From positions 7,647,352-7,711,351 of the forward strand of contig MU053934.1 of the NCBI GenBank assembly GCA_013239625.1: DNA of 64,000 nt. Reading direction: 5' to 3'. The position numbers were made by a program, and so were the translations under genes. This document shows positions 36,057 to 48,367 of the stretch, piece by piece; the stretch's first letter is position 1; each line of letters starts with the position of its first letter. The DNA is from Lama guanicoe. Lineage: Eukaryota. The notes under the pieces were generated by a model. It searched no databases and was not told the origin of the DNA. It saw only the letters and a program-made list of their open reading frames with translations.

Positions 36057-36887
36057 GGAACCAGTATTTAATGAGCCCTTTGCAGAAAAATCTCATTTCA
36101 GGCAGTCCTCCTGCAAGGTGGGTACTGCTGGCCCCATTTCAGAGATGAGATTGAGATCAGAGAGGTGAGGTAACTTGCCTGAGGGTGCACATCTCCAAAG
36201 GGGTAGAGGCAGGATTTGAGCCTTGGTCTCTGGCTTCATAGCCCCAGCTTTCCTACCACGCAGAGCTCCACCCGTACAAGGCAGTGCATGGTCCAAGGCT
36301 CTTTTTTTTTCAGGGGTCATGTTCAGCTCCTGTCGGGTTCGTTATTCATAGAGGGCCCCTGGAGCCTTGGGGGATCTTATTCTCTGAGCCAAGCATCCCA
36401 GGAGACCCAGACTCCTTCCCTGCTCGAGTGAGATTCCCCATGGGGCACGGGGCACCATCCAGGGAGCCCAATAAGAGCACCACACTGGCCGAGGCCAGCT
36501 TCGCTCTGTGAGGTGGGGGGCTGCAGGAATCCCATTCGGCCCCAGTGGTTTCTGGTAGCCGGGGATGTTTACAGGGCCGCCGGGGCCCCCCAGATGCACG
36601 GCGTGTGTGCACGCGTTGGGTGGAGAAGACTCCAGGCCCTTTCCGTCGCCTCTATTGAATTTCTATGCGGACCAAGAACTATAAGCTTAAAATAAATTTT
36701 TTTCCTAAGGTATCTTCAGAATATGGTGTATTTTTATGTGCAAAAGAAAAGTTATGAAGGCAGCTGTTACTTTAAAAGAAAATTCATTAAAAGTCCTCGA
36801 GGTGTGAACGACCACGGTGTGCTCCTCAGTCATTTAGGCATAACTTGATTGTGGCTGTAATTTTTTTCTCTGTCAAGCATGTCAGAC

Positions 36888-36893
36888 AATAAA
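36888..36893 (+). terminator. Probable main MPPED1 polyadenylation signal AATAAA
   Basis: Canonical hexamer with upstream TGTA and U-rich elements and a GU/U-rich tract downstream (ctctgtgtctctgggtgtc). Confidence 0.7.
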
Positions 36894-37344
36894 GTCTTTG
36901 TAAAAAGAAAGAGAAGTCCTCCCAGTGCCTCTTCCTCTGTGTCTCTGGGTGTCATGTGGGGCGCACGGGGGTGGAGTGGCGTCCCCCTGGCCGAGTCCTG
37001 AGTCCTGGACAGTTCAGAGGCTGAAGACCATCCACGTGCCAGCGACTGGCATCCTTCTGCTGGCTCCAGCTTCCCCAGGGGTGGGAGCACTCCAGAGGTG
37101 GCAGGCATATGCATTTCTGTGCCCTGTCATGTTCAAATAGCTTGAGCACCTGGCCTCCCAAAACAGAGTCCCTCAAGATGGCTTTTAGGACTGGGCTCTT
37201 GGAAGGGACAAGTTCAGTTCAGCCCTTGTCAAACTATGGGTCTAGGAGTTGCCCAAGAAAAGCACTGGCAGATATAATGACTCCAGTCCCAAAGCTCCCT
37301 ATGCTATAAAAGTCCTGCCATTTTTATCCACCCAGCAACCCATT

Positions 37345-37560
37345 GATCCATCCACCCATTTGTGCAACCATCCACTCACCTGCCCATCCATCCATCCATC
37401 CAACCACCATCAATCCACTCATCCAATCACCATCCATCCATCCACCCATCCAACAACCATCCACCCATCCATTCATCCAACCACCATCTATCCATCTTAC
37501 CACCATCCATCCATCCATCTACTCACCCACAGATCAATCCATCCACCCCACAAACATTCA
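37345..37560. repeat. (TCCA/CCAT)n degenerate simple repeat
   Basis: Read directly. Confidence 0.9.
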
Positions 37561-37729
37561 CTGAGCACCTCCCATGGGCCCGGCTTGGAACAGGGACGTG
37601 GCAGAGGTGGTGGTGATAGATGCAGGAGGTAGGGTTGATGAAGGATGTGTGTGGGGGTGAGAGTGAGGGAGAGCCAGCTCTACTCTGCGCCCCCCAGTGA
37701 CTGCCACTTCGCATCAGAAATGAGAGCAG

Positions 37730-39880
37730 TTTTAGCTCAAGGCTATTTTGGAGCTGGAGGTGACCAGGGCAAGTTAAAATGCCACAAGGCTTGCTGTTCT
37801 TGGCTGGGTTTCAGCTGCTTTTCTTGAATAAGTGCTACTCGGGTTCTTGCAAATCTTTGGTTAACTTCTAGAATTCTGAAAAAGTTGATTCTAACCATTT
37901 TTGCCAGTTTTCTTGTTGCTTTTTTAGAGGAGAGAATTTTTAGAGGTTCTTACTCATTCAATTTTGCTGATTTCACCTTTACGATTCCATTTTATCTCCT
38001 GTATTGACTTTTTATTTATAACTTTTGAAAGTACATATAACCTAACTTTAAAGATACACATATATGCATCTATCTGTCTGTCAATCTCTAACATACATAC
38101 ATTGCCTGGTCCAGCTGGTTTCTTTCCTCTGTAGGTTAGTGTCTTTCACCAATTTTGGAAAATTCCCAGCCATTATTTATGCAAGTATTTCTTCTGCCCA
38201 AGTTCTCTTTCTTCTTTTTAGTTTCCAATTATGTACATGTTAGGCCATTTTATATTCTCCCACATCTCTTGGATATTTTGTTTTCTTTCCCCTACCCTTT
38301 ATTCTCTTGGCATTTCACTTGGGGTACAAGTTACACATCTGTCTTCAAGGTCACTCATTGTTTCCTAGTTTGCGTAGAGCCTTCCGATGAGTCGGTCAAA
38401 GGCAATCACTCTCTCTGCTGCTGTGTCTTCATTTCTAGCATTTCCATTTGATACTTCCTTACAGCTTCCACCTCTCTGCTAGAAGTTCCTATCTGATTAT
38501 GTGTCTTGTCTGCTTTTTCCACTAGAGCTTTAACATATAAATTGGTTAATTTGAATTTCCTTTCCGATGGTTCCAAAATCTGTGTGATATCTGAGTCTGA
38601 TGATTACTTTGTCTCTTCAGACTGTCTTTTTTTTTTGAATTGCCAATAATTTTAAGTTGGAAGCTGGACATTTGTAGAGCAGGGGTCAGCAAACTTTCCT
38701 ATAAAACGTCAGGAGGAAACGATTTGGAGGCTCCACACAATCTATCGTTTCTTGCCCTTCTTCTTGTTCTTTCTCCTCCTCCAACCTTTTAAACATGTAA
38801 AAATCATCCTTAGCTCACAGACTGTATAAAGATAAGCCACAGGCCCCTACATGTCCGCTGGCTGTGGTTTGCTAACTTCTGATACAACAGGACAGTAGAT
38901 ACTGAAGCAAGTCTTTTTTACGCTTCAAGAAGAATCTGTCTTTCTTTCTGCTAGGACGTTAGTGTGGGGCTGGGGTTAATCCTGGAAGGAGCTGGGCTGC
39001 CTTGAAGTTTGCTCCCAGCTTCTGTGGGGTCTTCCTTTGTGCTGCGCCCTGAAGACATGGGCTCCTGGGGCTCCCTGAGCTGTTTCCTCTTTTATTTTGC
39101 TTGATGAGCTTCGGTGCGGTGGTGGAGGATGGGGGTGGGGGTTTCTCTGAGGTTCCGACTCAGCCTCAGTGGCAGCAGCGCTGTGAGCCTTCACAAGCGC
39201 CACCGTCCCCGCCCCCCATCCGCCCACAGCAACAGGTGTAATACTGGGCTTCGCATGCATTCCTGCCCCCTCCGCCCCCAGGGGCAGAGCCTGTTCAGTT
39301 CTGCCCCCTCACCCACGTTGGGCTCTGACCGGTGCCCTCGGGCTACAGCTTTGTTGTCCTTTTCCCTGCCTGTGGTGCTCTCTGCTCCCTTCCTGGGATG
39401 GGGAGATGGCCCTGGCAGTTGCAGCAGTGGCTGTTGGTGTCCGCCCCCAGCCGCACAGCTGGGGAGACGGGAGGGAGGCTGCCTTCTCTGGACTCTCCCT
39501 GATCTCTGTGAGCGCCTGATGTGGTTCCTAGGGGAAGCAAACACTCTGTGTCGGGGGCCCCCCGAGCCTTCACATTCTGGCCCACATTTGGTTTTGGGCA
39601 ATTTGTTAAAAATTTCCAGCTGAATCCTATTCCTGGCTTAAATGATGTTTTATGGTGTCTATCCCAGGTAAGCAAATGCTTGGGCCCTGTTTCTCCCTGC
39701 TGCTTCTCCCCGCGGGCGTCTGTCTATCTCCGGATTTTAGTGACTTGGTGGTGGTGAACTCCATTCTTAGAGGGTTTAAGGAAAGTTGTTGGTTTGCATT
39801 TTGTGCAGCTTTTCTCCTGTGGTTCAGGTGGGAGGGCTGCTCTTTCCAGCTCTCTGTGTCTCGAAGCCAAAAACCACAGG
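37730..39880 (-). mobile_element. Fragments of old L1 5' regions (L1MC/L1MD/L1M4-like) filling the intergenic gap
   Basis: Characteristic antisense L1 5'/ORF1 text (e.g. ggaaaattcccagccattattt, ttctgaaaaagttgattctaaccatttttgccagttt). Likely more than one fragment; boundaries are approximate. Confidence 0.6.
38680..38881. mobile_element. MER58-like hAT-Charlie MITE nested in L1
   Basis: Terminal inverted repeats caggggtcagcaaac ... gtttgctaacttctg, with internal aaacatgtaaaaatcatccttagctcacagactgta. Confidence 0.85.
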
Positions 39881-42455
39881 TGCTTCTCAAGCCTCTGATG
39901 TGTCCTGCTTACTACTAGCTCATTGGCCAAAACAAGTCACGTGGCTGTGTGTGGCTTCAAGGAGTGGGGAAAAAACATTATTCAGAGATAGGAACTTCAA
40001 GGTCAAAAGCAAGAGCACAGATACATGAAGGGGAGACAAGTGGGGCCATTTGCTCTCATATGAGGAGTCCCACTGGGGTGGACAAACAGGCACTCAGTTC
40101 TTTCAACACAGTGGGATCCAGAGGTGACGGTGCTCCCAACTGGGTTAGGCTCTGGGAAGCCTGCCCAGAGCTGAAGATTGCTGATCAGGATACAGAGGCT
40201 AAGGAAAGAGACGAGGGAGGGAACAGGTGGTCCCATCTGGGAGGTGCCGCTGCCTTTAGGCAGTGGCCCAGCCCTCTCAGCCTCCTGGCTTTGACTTTGA
40301 GGGCCCTGGGCTGGCCTGTCCCTCAACCCCCTGCTGAAAGCCTGTCCTGAGGTCAGCTCCACGCATCGGGCCGGGGATCTCCGAGCTCCCATAGACCCAG
40401 GGCACCCTGATCGGCCCTCACCACTCCTGTCTCTTTCGATTGTCTTTTGACCTACTGTACAGGGGCTCAAGGAAGCAGGTCTATGTTTGACTCGTGGGGC
40501 CAGGCACAGACTGATGGATTGCCAGGCCCAGGGAAAGCAGGGGTTATCTTCATTCTGCAGATTCAGAAATGGAAGCTCAGAGAGGGAAATTGCACAGGGG
40601 CCAGGGGACGAGCAGTGGGCAGCTGGACACCCTGACCCTCAGCCCAGCACCGCTCTCTTGACTCAGGCTTGAAGGGCCCAGGCACTGGGAAAGCGGCTGC
40701 CCCACCTCTTCTGGAGTTTATGGAGTGGGTGGCTAACAGCCCACCCGCCTGCTCGGAGGCTCTGCTAACTCTGAGAGAAAGCCCCACGGCAGAGCCAAGC
40801 TCCTTCCTCACAGCGTCCTATGAGTGGGGGAATGATCACCCATTTTACAGATGTGGAAACTGAGGCTCAGGGTAAAATGACTTGGCTGAGTATCATGGTA
40901 GAGCTGGAACTCGAACCCAGTCTCATTGACACCAGAGCCCCTGTGACAATGCTGCAGGGGCTGTGAGTCCTGCTTCTGTGTCAGGATGAGCCACATGCCT
41001 CATGAGCCCCTTCTTGACCTGGAGGCTCCCTAAGCCCCTCAATGACAGACCCACAAGGCTGCTGAACAGCACCAGATGAAATGCCTGGCTCAGCCTGGGG
41101 ATGTCAGGAAGGCTTCCTGCAGGAGGTGGCTCTGTATTTAGTTTTGAAGGATAAGTGGGCGTTCCCTGAGGAGCAGGTGCAGTGTGCAGGGGTATGTTAG
41201 AGGCATCTCAGGAAGGCTGAAGTGGGGCACGTGGGGTGGGGACTGGGCACAAGGCGGAGCCCCAGGTGCTGGGGCAGGGGCACGAGGGCAGGGCATCCAC
41301 CGTCCCTCCCCCCTTAGAAAGAGGAGCTGCTGCAGCTGAGGGCGCTCCTACTTCATGGCTCTGACTTGGGGCCAGCAGAGACCACGACCCTCCCTCCCCT
41401 TCTCTCTGAATTCAGGCTGCCTGGCACCCCTTCCTCAGCAGCCAGCATCTGCCTCCTCCAAGCACTCCCCCAGGTTCTCTGAGATCTTGGGTCCAGCCGG
41501 ACTGCCTCAGCCTTGGCCCTGATGCCCCCTTTCTAGGCTGTGGGGTCTGGATGAAGGGCAGGAAGCAGGGAGCCCCCTCCTCACTCCCCGCACATCCCAC
41601 AGGCGTCTCCCCTCCCTCTGCCTGAGCCTCAGTGTCTCCATCTCTACGATGGGGGTCGGGACGCCTTCCTGCCAGCTGGAGTGGCTGGTGTGGCCAGTGG
41701 GGCCCACAGGAGGCTAGCTCTGGCCCCGGCATCCTGGGTGCTCCCGTGGTTTCTGGTTGAACATTTGACTCCTTCCCTGATCAGTGGCAGTGGCTGTGTC
41801 CGAGGGAGCAGGGGAAGAGAGAGGAGAGGTCATGGCAGTGACAGCCACAAAGGGGAGCTGAAGCCAAGGCCACTGTCCAGGCCCTGGGGAACCCACCTCC
41901 TGGTGGCTGGGGCCTCCCTCGGAGGGAAGCGAGGTCTCAGGGTGACAGTGGGGGCTCCTCGTCCCCAACCCACTCTGACAGCCTGGGGTCACACAGCTCA
42001 GGGGCAGCTCTGTTGCCTGCCTTTCCCCTGTTCCTTCCAGAACCTTCCAGAAGGCTGCAAATTCTGTCTCCCACCTGTTTCATGTTGTGTGCAAAGGATT
42101 GTGGTGATTTAAACCTCTTAGCTGGTCAGACCCTGTTACATCCAAGGAAGAGCCCCTCCTCAAATGGTCGCTGGTGGCGGTTCCACCAGCTGTCAGCTCG
42201 GTCAGGCCGCGGAAAGGCTGAGCCCCAAGGCAACGACGGGGCCTGGCTTAGATGCCGCCTCTCCTCCATGATGTCAGGCAGGTGTCCGTGCCCCCAGGGG
42301 CAGGAAGGTGGCCACGGGGACAAGCCCAGCAGGGGCACAAGTCTGACCCAGGCTGAGGCAGCGCTGGGCCTGAACGGGAGGAGGGGGCCTTTGGCATCCC
42401 TGAGGCACCCAGAAGTCTCTTATGAATAAAACCTTCAGAAAGTCTGAGTTTATAG

Positions 42456-42518
42456 TTTATTGTTGGTGGCTCTTTTAAAGTCTCAAGAATCATTTTTGCG
42501 AAGATTAACATTTTTATT
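42456..42518 (-). terminator. Candidate EFCAB6 polyadenylation signals (two AATAAA on the minus strand)
   Basis: tttatt at 42456-42461 and 42513-42518, about 220-280 nt beyond the EFCAB6 stop, in an AT-rich patch. Confidence 0.65.
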
Positions 42519-42734
42519 TGCTCAGACTAATGAGGGGCCCTGAGACTCAGCGGGGCCACCTCGGGGCCCCTGGAGAGGCCACCGCTGCTGAGGCCGGGCC
42601 TGGGCTGAGCTCGGAAAGACGTGGGCTCGGCGTGGGCTTCGTCTGGGACACTCTGCAAGTTCATGAGATCCCCCAGTGACAGGTTTCACCAGTCTTGGGG
42701 ACAGGCCCCCAGGCGGACCCCCTGCTGGCAGCGT

Positions 42735-42857
42735 CTACTGCAGGAAGGCCCGCAGGAAGTCGTTGTAGGGGATTTTGGAGGACAGCGCCTTGTCGTAATA
42801 CTCCAGGATGTGGAAGAACTCCTCCTCCGAGAGGTTGATGCTATGCTGCCTCAGGGC
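42735..42857 (-). CDS. EFCAB6: EFCAB6 last coding exon: ALRQHSINLSEEEFFHILEYYDKALSSKIPYNDFLRAFLQ*
   Basis: Minus-strand acceptor ctctctcttgcag; TAG at 42735-42737; 123 bp, phase 0. Matches the EFCAB6 C-terminal EF-hand-like helix-loop-helix. Confidence 0.95.
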   Translation of the reverse strand, partial: ALRQHSINLSEEEFFHILEYYDKALSSKIPYNDFLRAFLQ

Positions 42858-43389
42858 CTGCAAGAGAGAGGAGGGCCCTGGCCGGTCTGGGAGCCATTCA
42901 AGGAAGTGGGCTGCCTAGAAGGTGCTGGGGGCCCACCTCTCCTCCTTCCCTGGCCGGGCCGGCCCACCTCCAGACCTGCCCCAGCAGCTCTCTCCCCCTC
43001 TTTCCTTCTCCCCCGTCCCTCTGTCTCTGCCTTCACCACCCACCCCCACCAACGGGGGCAGCCCCGACTAGCAACACAGGTGTGAGGCAGGAAGACACCA
43101 CGGCTTCCTTTCAAATGGGAGCTGCCGGTTCTCCCCACCCCCACCCGGCCCTCCCAGAACAGGGAGGGGGGGCGTTAATAACCGTCACCTCCCCGAAGGG
43201 TGGTGAGGCAGAGAAGAAGCAATTGTAGGGGAGACCTGGCCACAGGGCCTTAACTAGGGTGGGGCCCTGAGGTGTAGGGTGCAGGGTGCAGGGACTCGTG
43301 ATGATTCAACAGTAACACAGTCCAGGCAGAGCCTGCTATGTGTCCAACCAGTACCAACTGCCCTATCCTCGTCACCCTGGCTTTCTCCC

Positions 43390-43790
43390 AGGCTGCTGTG
43401 CATCCAGCTAAAAGGTGATACTTCTCAGCCTCTCTTATAGCCACGTTATGTTCTGGCCAGTTAAAACTTAGTGAGACTTCTTTAAAGCCTCCTTTAAAGA
43501 AGACCCTCTTTCTCTCCTCTTTTCTTCTCTGCTGCCTGAAATGCGGAAGTGATACCAGGGCTCCAGCAGCCATCTTGGACCATGAGGCGACCTTGAGGAA
43601 GGAAGCCAGGTATTGAGGATGGTAGAACAAAAACACAGATGTCCCCGACAACTGTCCAGCCACCACACTGGCTCTGGACTTCCTACCCCTGGGATTCTTT
43701 TCAAGGGAGAGAAGTAAACTTCTATGGCATCTAAGCTGCAGTTATTTTTTCCCCTCTGTTATATGCAACTGAGACACACCTGAATAGACA
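43390..43790. mobile_element. MaLR LTR remnant (MLT1J/K-like)
   Basis: gctccagcagccatcttggaccatgaggcgaccttgagga...agtaaacttctat...tctgttatatgcaactga. Confidence 0.7.
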
Positions 43791-45359
43791 GGTATCCTAT
43801 TAAATACATTTAAGATTAGGTCATACATTGCCTACCAATATTTTGTTATAATTTGTTTCCCAGAGAGGGCCAGCAGGTAGGACTGGCCTGAGCCCACAGG
43901 GCTGAGGTCAGCTGGCCTGGCTCTGGGGCCGGTGGGCTGAGAGCAACGTCTCCATTTCCTCTGCCCCCTCCCGCTGCCGCCCACCCCGAATTCCCGGAAG
44001 CTGCCTGGGGAGGAGGCGAACAGAAGCTCACTCACTTCCTCCCCTTCCCTGCCTGGATGCTGAAGGAGCATCGCTGGCTGAGAATTTCACTTGACCCCAA
44101 AGTAAAGACAAACGATGTGAATTGGAAGCCTCTGCGGAGCACTGAGGGCAGATGGCGGAGCAGTATTTGCTGCAGCCACAGGCCCGGCCCTGCCGGCTGT
44201 GTGCGGCGTGGGTGGGGGCCCTTGGCCCCTGGCTCCCCAGCACCCGTGCTGCCTGGGGCCCTTGTACCTGCAACGGCACCAGGTCCACCAACCGCGCTTC
44301 ACCTTCCTAGATTATTATTTAAGAAAAGGTTTTTTCACTTAAAAATTTTTTTTTTTTAGTTGAAGCACAGATAAACCTAAGGAATAAAACATTTTTTGTA
44401 AGTGTGTTTTGAGGTCATAACCCTTTCTCTCTTTGACGTCTTGACTGAATTTTTTTCCTGGCTGTAATATTTGATTTTTAATCTGATGTTCTAGACATTA
44501 ATTATTTTCTCAGCCTCAGTGGCCTGGGTGGGGATGGAGAGAGAAGCAGGGAGTCGGGGCAAGAAACCATGAATTCAAGGAGTTCAACATTGTTCTCAAC
44601 GTGGGAGTTTTAAGTTGCCCTGGAGGGTGGCCCCCTTCTTTCCTCCGGGAGAAGCACTCCAAAGGTTCTGCAGGGTCACATCAGGTAAGGATTCTGCTCC
44701 AGAGGGAGGCTGGGGTGGGGGCGCAGTCACAGCTGGTGGGCGGGGTGGGGTGGAGGCTCCCTGCAGACCCTGCTTCCCCCAGGAATGCTGCACTTTCTCC
44801 TGCGGCATTTAAGGCACCAGAGTTCCGACTTTGTAGGGAAAGCTGTTTAGCCAAACTGCACTGTGGGAAGGTGAGCAGCCCTGAGGTCTGGGGTCCCTGA
44901 GTGGCCACACCTGGGACCCTGCTTCAGCCCCCATCCCACTTCCCCGACGCTGTCATTCTGCTCTGAGATGCTTCGAGGCAGAAGCAGGCGCTGCTTCCCC
45001 CTCCCCGCGGGGAGACCAGGGGGAGGTGTGGCCTTGAGAGGGGTGCAGCCGGGCCTCTGAGGAGCAACAGCAGCTGTCGGGGTGCCCAGGGGGTGGCTGG
45101 GCTCAGGTGTTGGCACGGGGGAATGTCCCTGTAGGGTTCTTGAAACCTTCAGGGAGGAGAGCCTGGGGTCTGCAGCTGAGGGACCAGTGGGGTCAGCCCT
45201 GGATAACCTGGGCGTCCCCAGGGAGTGAGGTCTGGGCTAGTTGCCCACACCTGGGCCTCCGGCTGGGGATTGCAGGATACTTTTTTGAAGTTTTCTGGCC
45301 AGTGACATTTGGCAACTGCTTCCTGTCTGAAGCAAGAGCCACACAAGGGCTGTGCTCAC

Positions 45360-45509
45360 CTCCCTGAAATCAGCCACGCTTAAAAGCCCCGTCCCTTCCT
45401 TATCGTAGGCTTTGAACGTGCGCCGCATCGGCCTCCAGCAGTGCACAATTTTGGGCTGAATGCGCAGCAGAGCAGAGTAAAAGGAAGAAGTCTCAGCACC
45501 AGCTTCTTT
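45360..45509 (-). CDS. EFCAB6: EFCAB6 coding exon (150 bp): KEAGAETSSFYSALLRIQPKIVHCWRPMRRTFKAYDKEGTGLLSVADFRE
   Basis: Acceptor tcttttcccag, donor gtgagc, phase 0/0. EF-hand loop DKEGTGLLSVAD. Confidence 0.95.
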
Positions 45510-48182
45510 CTGGGAAAAGACCCAAGAGGAGGTCAGAAGGGAGATTTTGGATGGGGGGGAAGGATGGAGTGACAGGCTGTGACCTCAAGGGGCGTGGAGA
45601 GGGGTCTGCAAACTCCTTCCCGTATCTGCCCCCAACCCTGGCTCGTTCCCCACTGTGCGCTCCATTGGCTGCTCCAGAAAGGAGTCTGCTCTTAGTAACA
45701 ATGGGGGGGTGGCGGGAGGCAGGTGGGCAGACCAGCATCCCTGCTGTGCATTCAGGTCCCCACAAACAGCAGCGTCCTCTTCACACCTCCCTCAGCTCCT
45801 CCCCCAGCCTGGAGGAAGGTAGCTCTCTACATGCCCATTTCCTGGATTGGGAAATGGAGGCTCAGGGTGGCAAAGTCACAGGATAGGACCCATCGGAGCT
45901 CTGTCTGACACCAATACCTGCCAGGCCACCTCCCAGGAGCTCCTCCCCAGGTACTTGAGGGGAGGGCCAGGCAGATAACTAGCCAATTTCAAAACAATCT
46001 GAGGGGAAAGAGAGATTCAGGTTGGGTCTTCTAGTAGGTTCTTAGAATGAACAGAGTTTTAAAAAAAAAAACACAAGGTTGTAATTATATCTAGTAATTA
46101 GACAGTACACTACTCTGTGATTATTTCATTTAGGTGCTATTAGATTGAAAACAAGATATTTTAGCATGATTTAGCCCCAACCCATGTCTGAATATCACAG
46201 AGGTGAACTGTAGGCAATAATGTGTAACACGTTTTGGGAAAGTTTAATTTTAGCATGGCACTACAGAAAACAAATGAGCACAAAGTTACATTGCTTTCAG
46301 TTTTTACATCATTTAGCACCTATGATAGAAACTCACCAGATACCACATAGCTTCGTTAGCTGCCAATTTATCTAATCAGCTGGTCTGCACATATGGAGGA
46401 CAAGGGGTTCTAGGCTCACTTGTTCTTCTTACACCCAAGACTGGCTTGAGAAAGAATTTTCCCGCCCTAGCCCAGTACACCAACCCATCCAGAAGTCCTC
46501 TGCCTCTAGCGGTGCCAAAAAAAGGGAAAACCCCAGCTCACTTCCCCAGAGGGGTGTCTCTGCTATTGAAGGTGGCAGAGAAAGCTCCCAAAGCACTAGG
46601 AATGGAAATGACCCTTTTAGCTTCTTTGCAGGGAGACAGGGGAGCGTGGGCCGCCTGCAGAGAGGATGGGACTGGCACCGGGACCAGGCCGGGGCAGGGC
46701 AAGGTGCTGGCCCCTCTCTCTCCTAGGAAAGGCTCCCGCGGGAGAAGTCTCACCACCTGTCAATCACACCCAGGGCGGGGGCAGGGGATGGAAGCCTGAG
46801 CCACAGGGTAGTGGCTGTCGATGGGTTTGGGCCAAAGACCAGAGCTGGGGCGAGGCAGGGGCACATGGAGGTGAGCTGGGGCGTCTGCCCAGAGGCCCAG
46901 ACTCCTGGTGGGGCCGTCCTGGGGCACCTCTCACTTCACGGACGCCCAGTCTTATCCGGGCTCTCCCCAAGCAGCCCACCAGCCAGCCTTTCGACGCCTT
47001 GGGGAGGGTGGGCAGTGTATCTGGAAGCATGGGAGGGCTTGAAAGGGGATGCGGGGCACTCTTCCCCACAGGCCACCCCTCACAGGCTCTTAGGAGCCAG
47101 CAGCTCATTTGCAGAAGGGGAAACTGGAGCCTGCAGGGGCCGTGCAGGCTGTGCGTTCTCCATGGTTCTCCAGCCACGTCCCTGGGTCCCCGGTGATCTC
47201 CTGAGGGAAGCGTACTGCCACTCAGAGAGAAACCGAGCCAGACAAAGAATTGTCTTCGTGTTGTTTTTCTTTCCTAACTTGGCCTGAGCCTTTGATGCCA
47301 GCTCTTGTCTAAACTAGAAATTACATCAAGATGGGCCCGATTTGGCACAAAATTACAGATTTAGCTGCGCAGAATCCGCTGCTTGCTGGGCTAACCCACC
47401 GTCTCTGCTGCGGGGTGAGGAGGGCCCGGGGCCCCACCCGCTGGTCCGCCGCGGAGCCCAGGTGGTGGAATCGCGGCGTCATTTCCCAAATCGACTATGC
47501 CGGTCGTCCTTGTCATTAAATTCAGTGTGGTTTAACGTCACACGTGATGGAGTACAAGTGTGAAAAAGCCTTCTTTAACCTCATATTTTGGAAAAGACTC
47601 GAGAAAGCAGAGTCGGTGAACGCTGTGGTTGAACTGGGTGTGGCTGAGAATCATGAAATTACAAACGATTGAGAAAAAAGGTAAAAGTCTGGACGCACAA
47701 GCTGTCCAGTTGCTATTTAAGCATCTTTAGGGTCTCTTTCCTCTTCAAAGAAACAAACAGAGACGATGTATCACGGGTGTAATTTACACAAGAAAGACAA
47801 TGGGTCCGAGCGCCCACGCCCGGAGAAAGGTTGGCCCCGCCGACTCGAATGATGAGGGAATATGCGGTTACGTTCAAGTTACAAATGTTTCCCTTTGCTG
47901 AGACACCCCCGACCCCGCCTGCCCCTCCAGTTAACTGACCCATAACTGCTCCGGTGGCCAGTGAGCCTCGGCCTTCCACATGGACGTGCCCACGGGCATC
48001 TGCCACCCAGTGAGTTTGAGAACCTGGGCTCCAGGCTACTGGTTCCCAGTCTGAGGTGTCTGGACCCTCATGGTGCCCCCGTTCATATAAAGGGAGCTGA
48101 TCCAGATTTATGAGGAATGGGGAAAAACGAAAGCGCCCCGCTGCACCCAGCCCCGCGTGTCTTCTCGGGATGGGTCACGTAC

Positions 48183-48367
48183 CATTTTGTGCGCGTTCTG
48201 GATTTTCATCCTCTGCATCAGTGGTGTTTCCTTTGCTCTCAACAGGAGGACGCAGCTCTGAATGAAGTCACAATAAGCAAACCTGCCGTTGTTCTTTAAG
48301 TCGTATTTGAGGATGAGCTGCTGGCACTCGTCCCTGTTCAGGCCCAGGCTGAACTTCTCCACCAGCG
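48183..48367 (-). CDS. EFCAB6: EFCAB6 coding exon (185 bp): (A)LVEKFSLGLNRDECQQLILKYDLKNNGRFAYCDFIQSCVLLLRAKETPLMQRMKIQNAHKM
   Basis: Acceptor cctttgcctttag, donor gtacgt, phase 1/0. EF-hand-like loop DLKNNGRFAYCD. Confidence 0.95.

Larger units (their letters stand above)
34625..36910 (+). other. MPPED1: MPPED1 3' UTR (about 2.3 kb)
   Basis: Runs from the stop codon to an AU-rich terminal block with poly(A) signals. The end is inferred from AATAAA at 36888. Confidence 0.75.
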
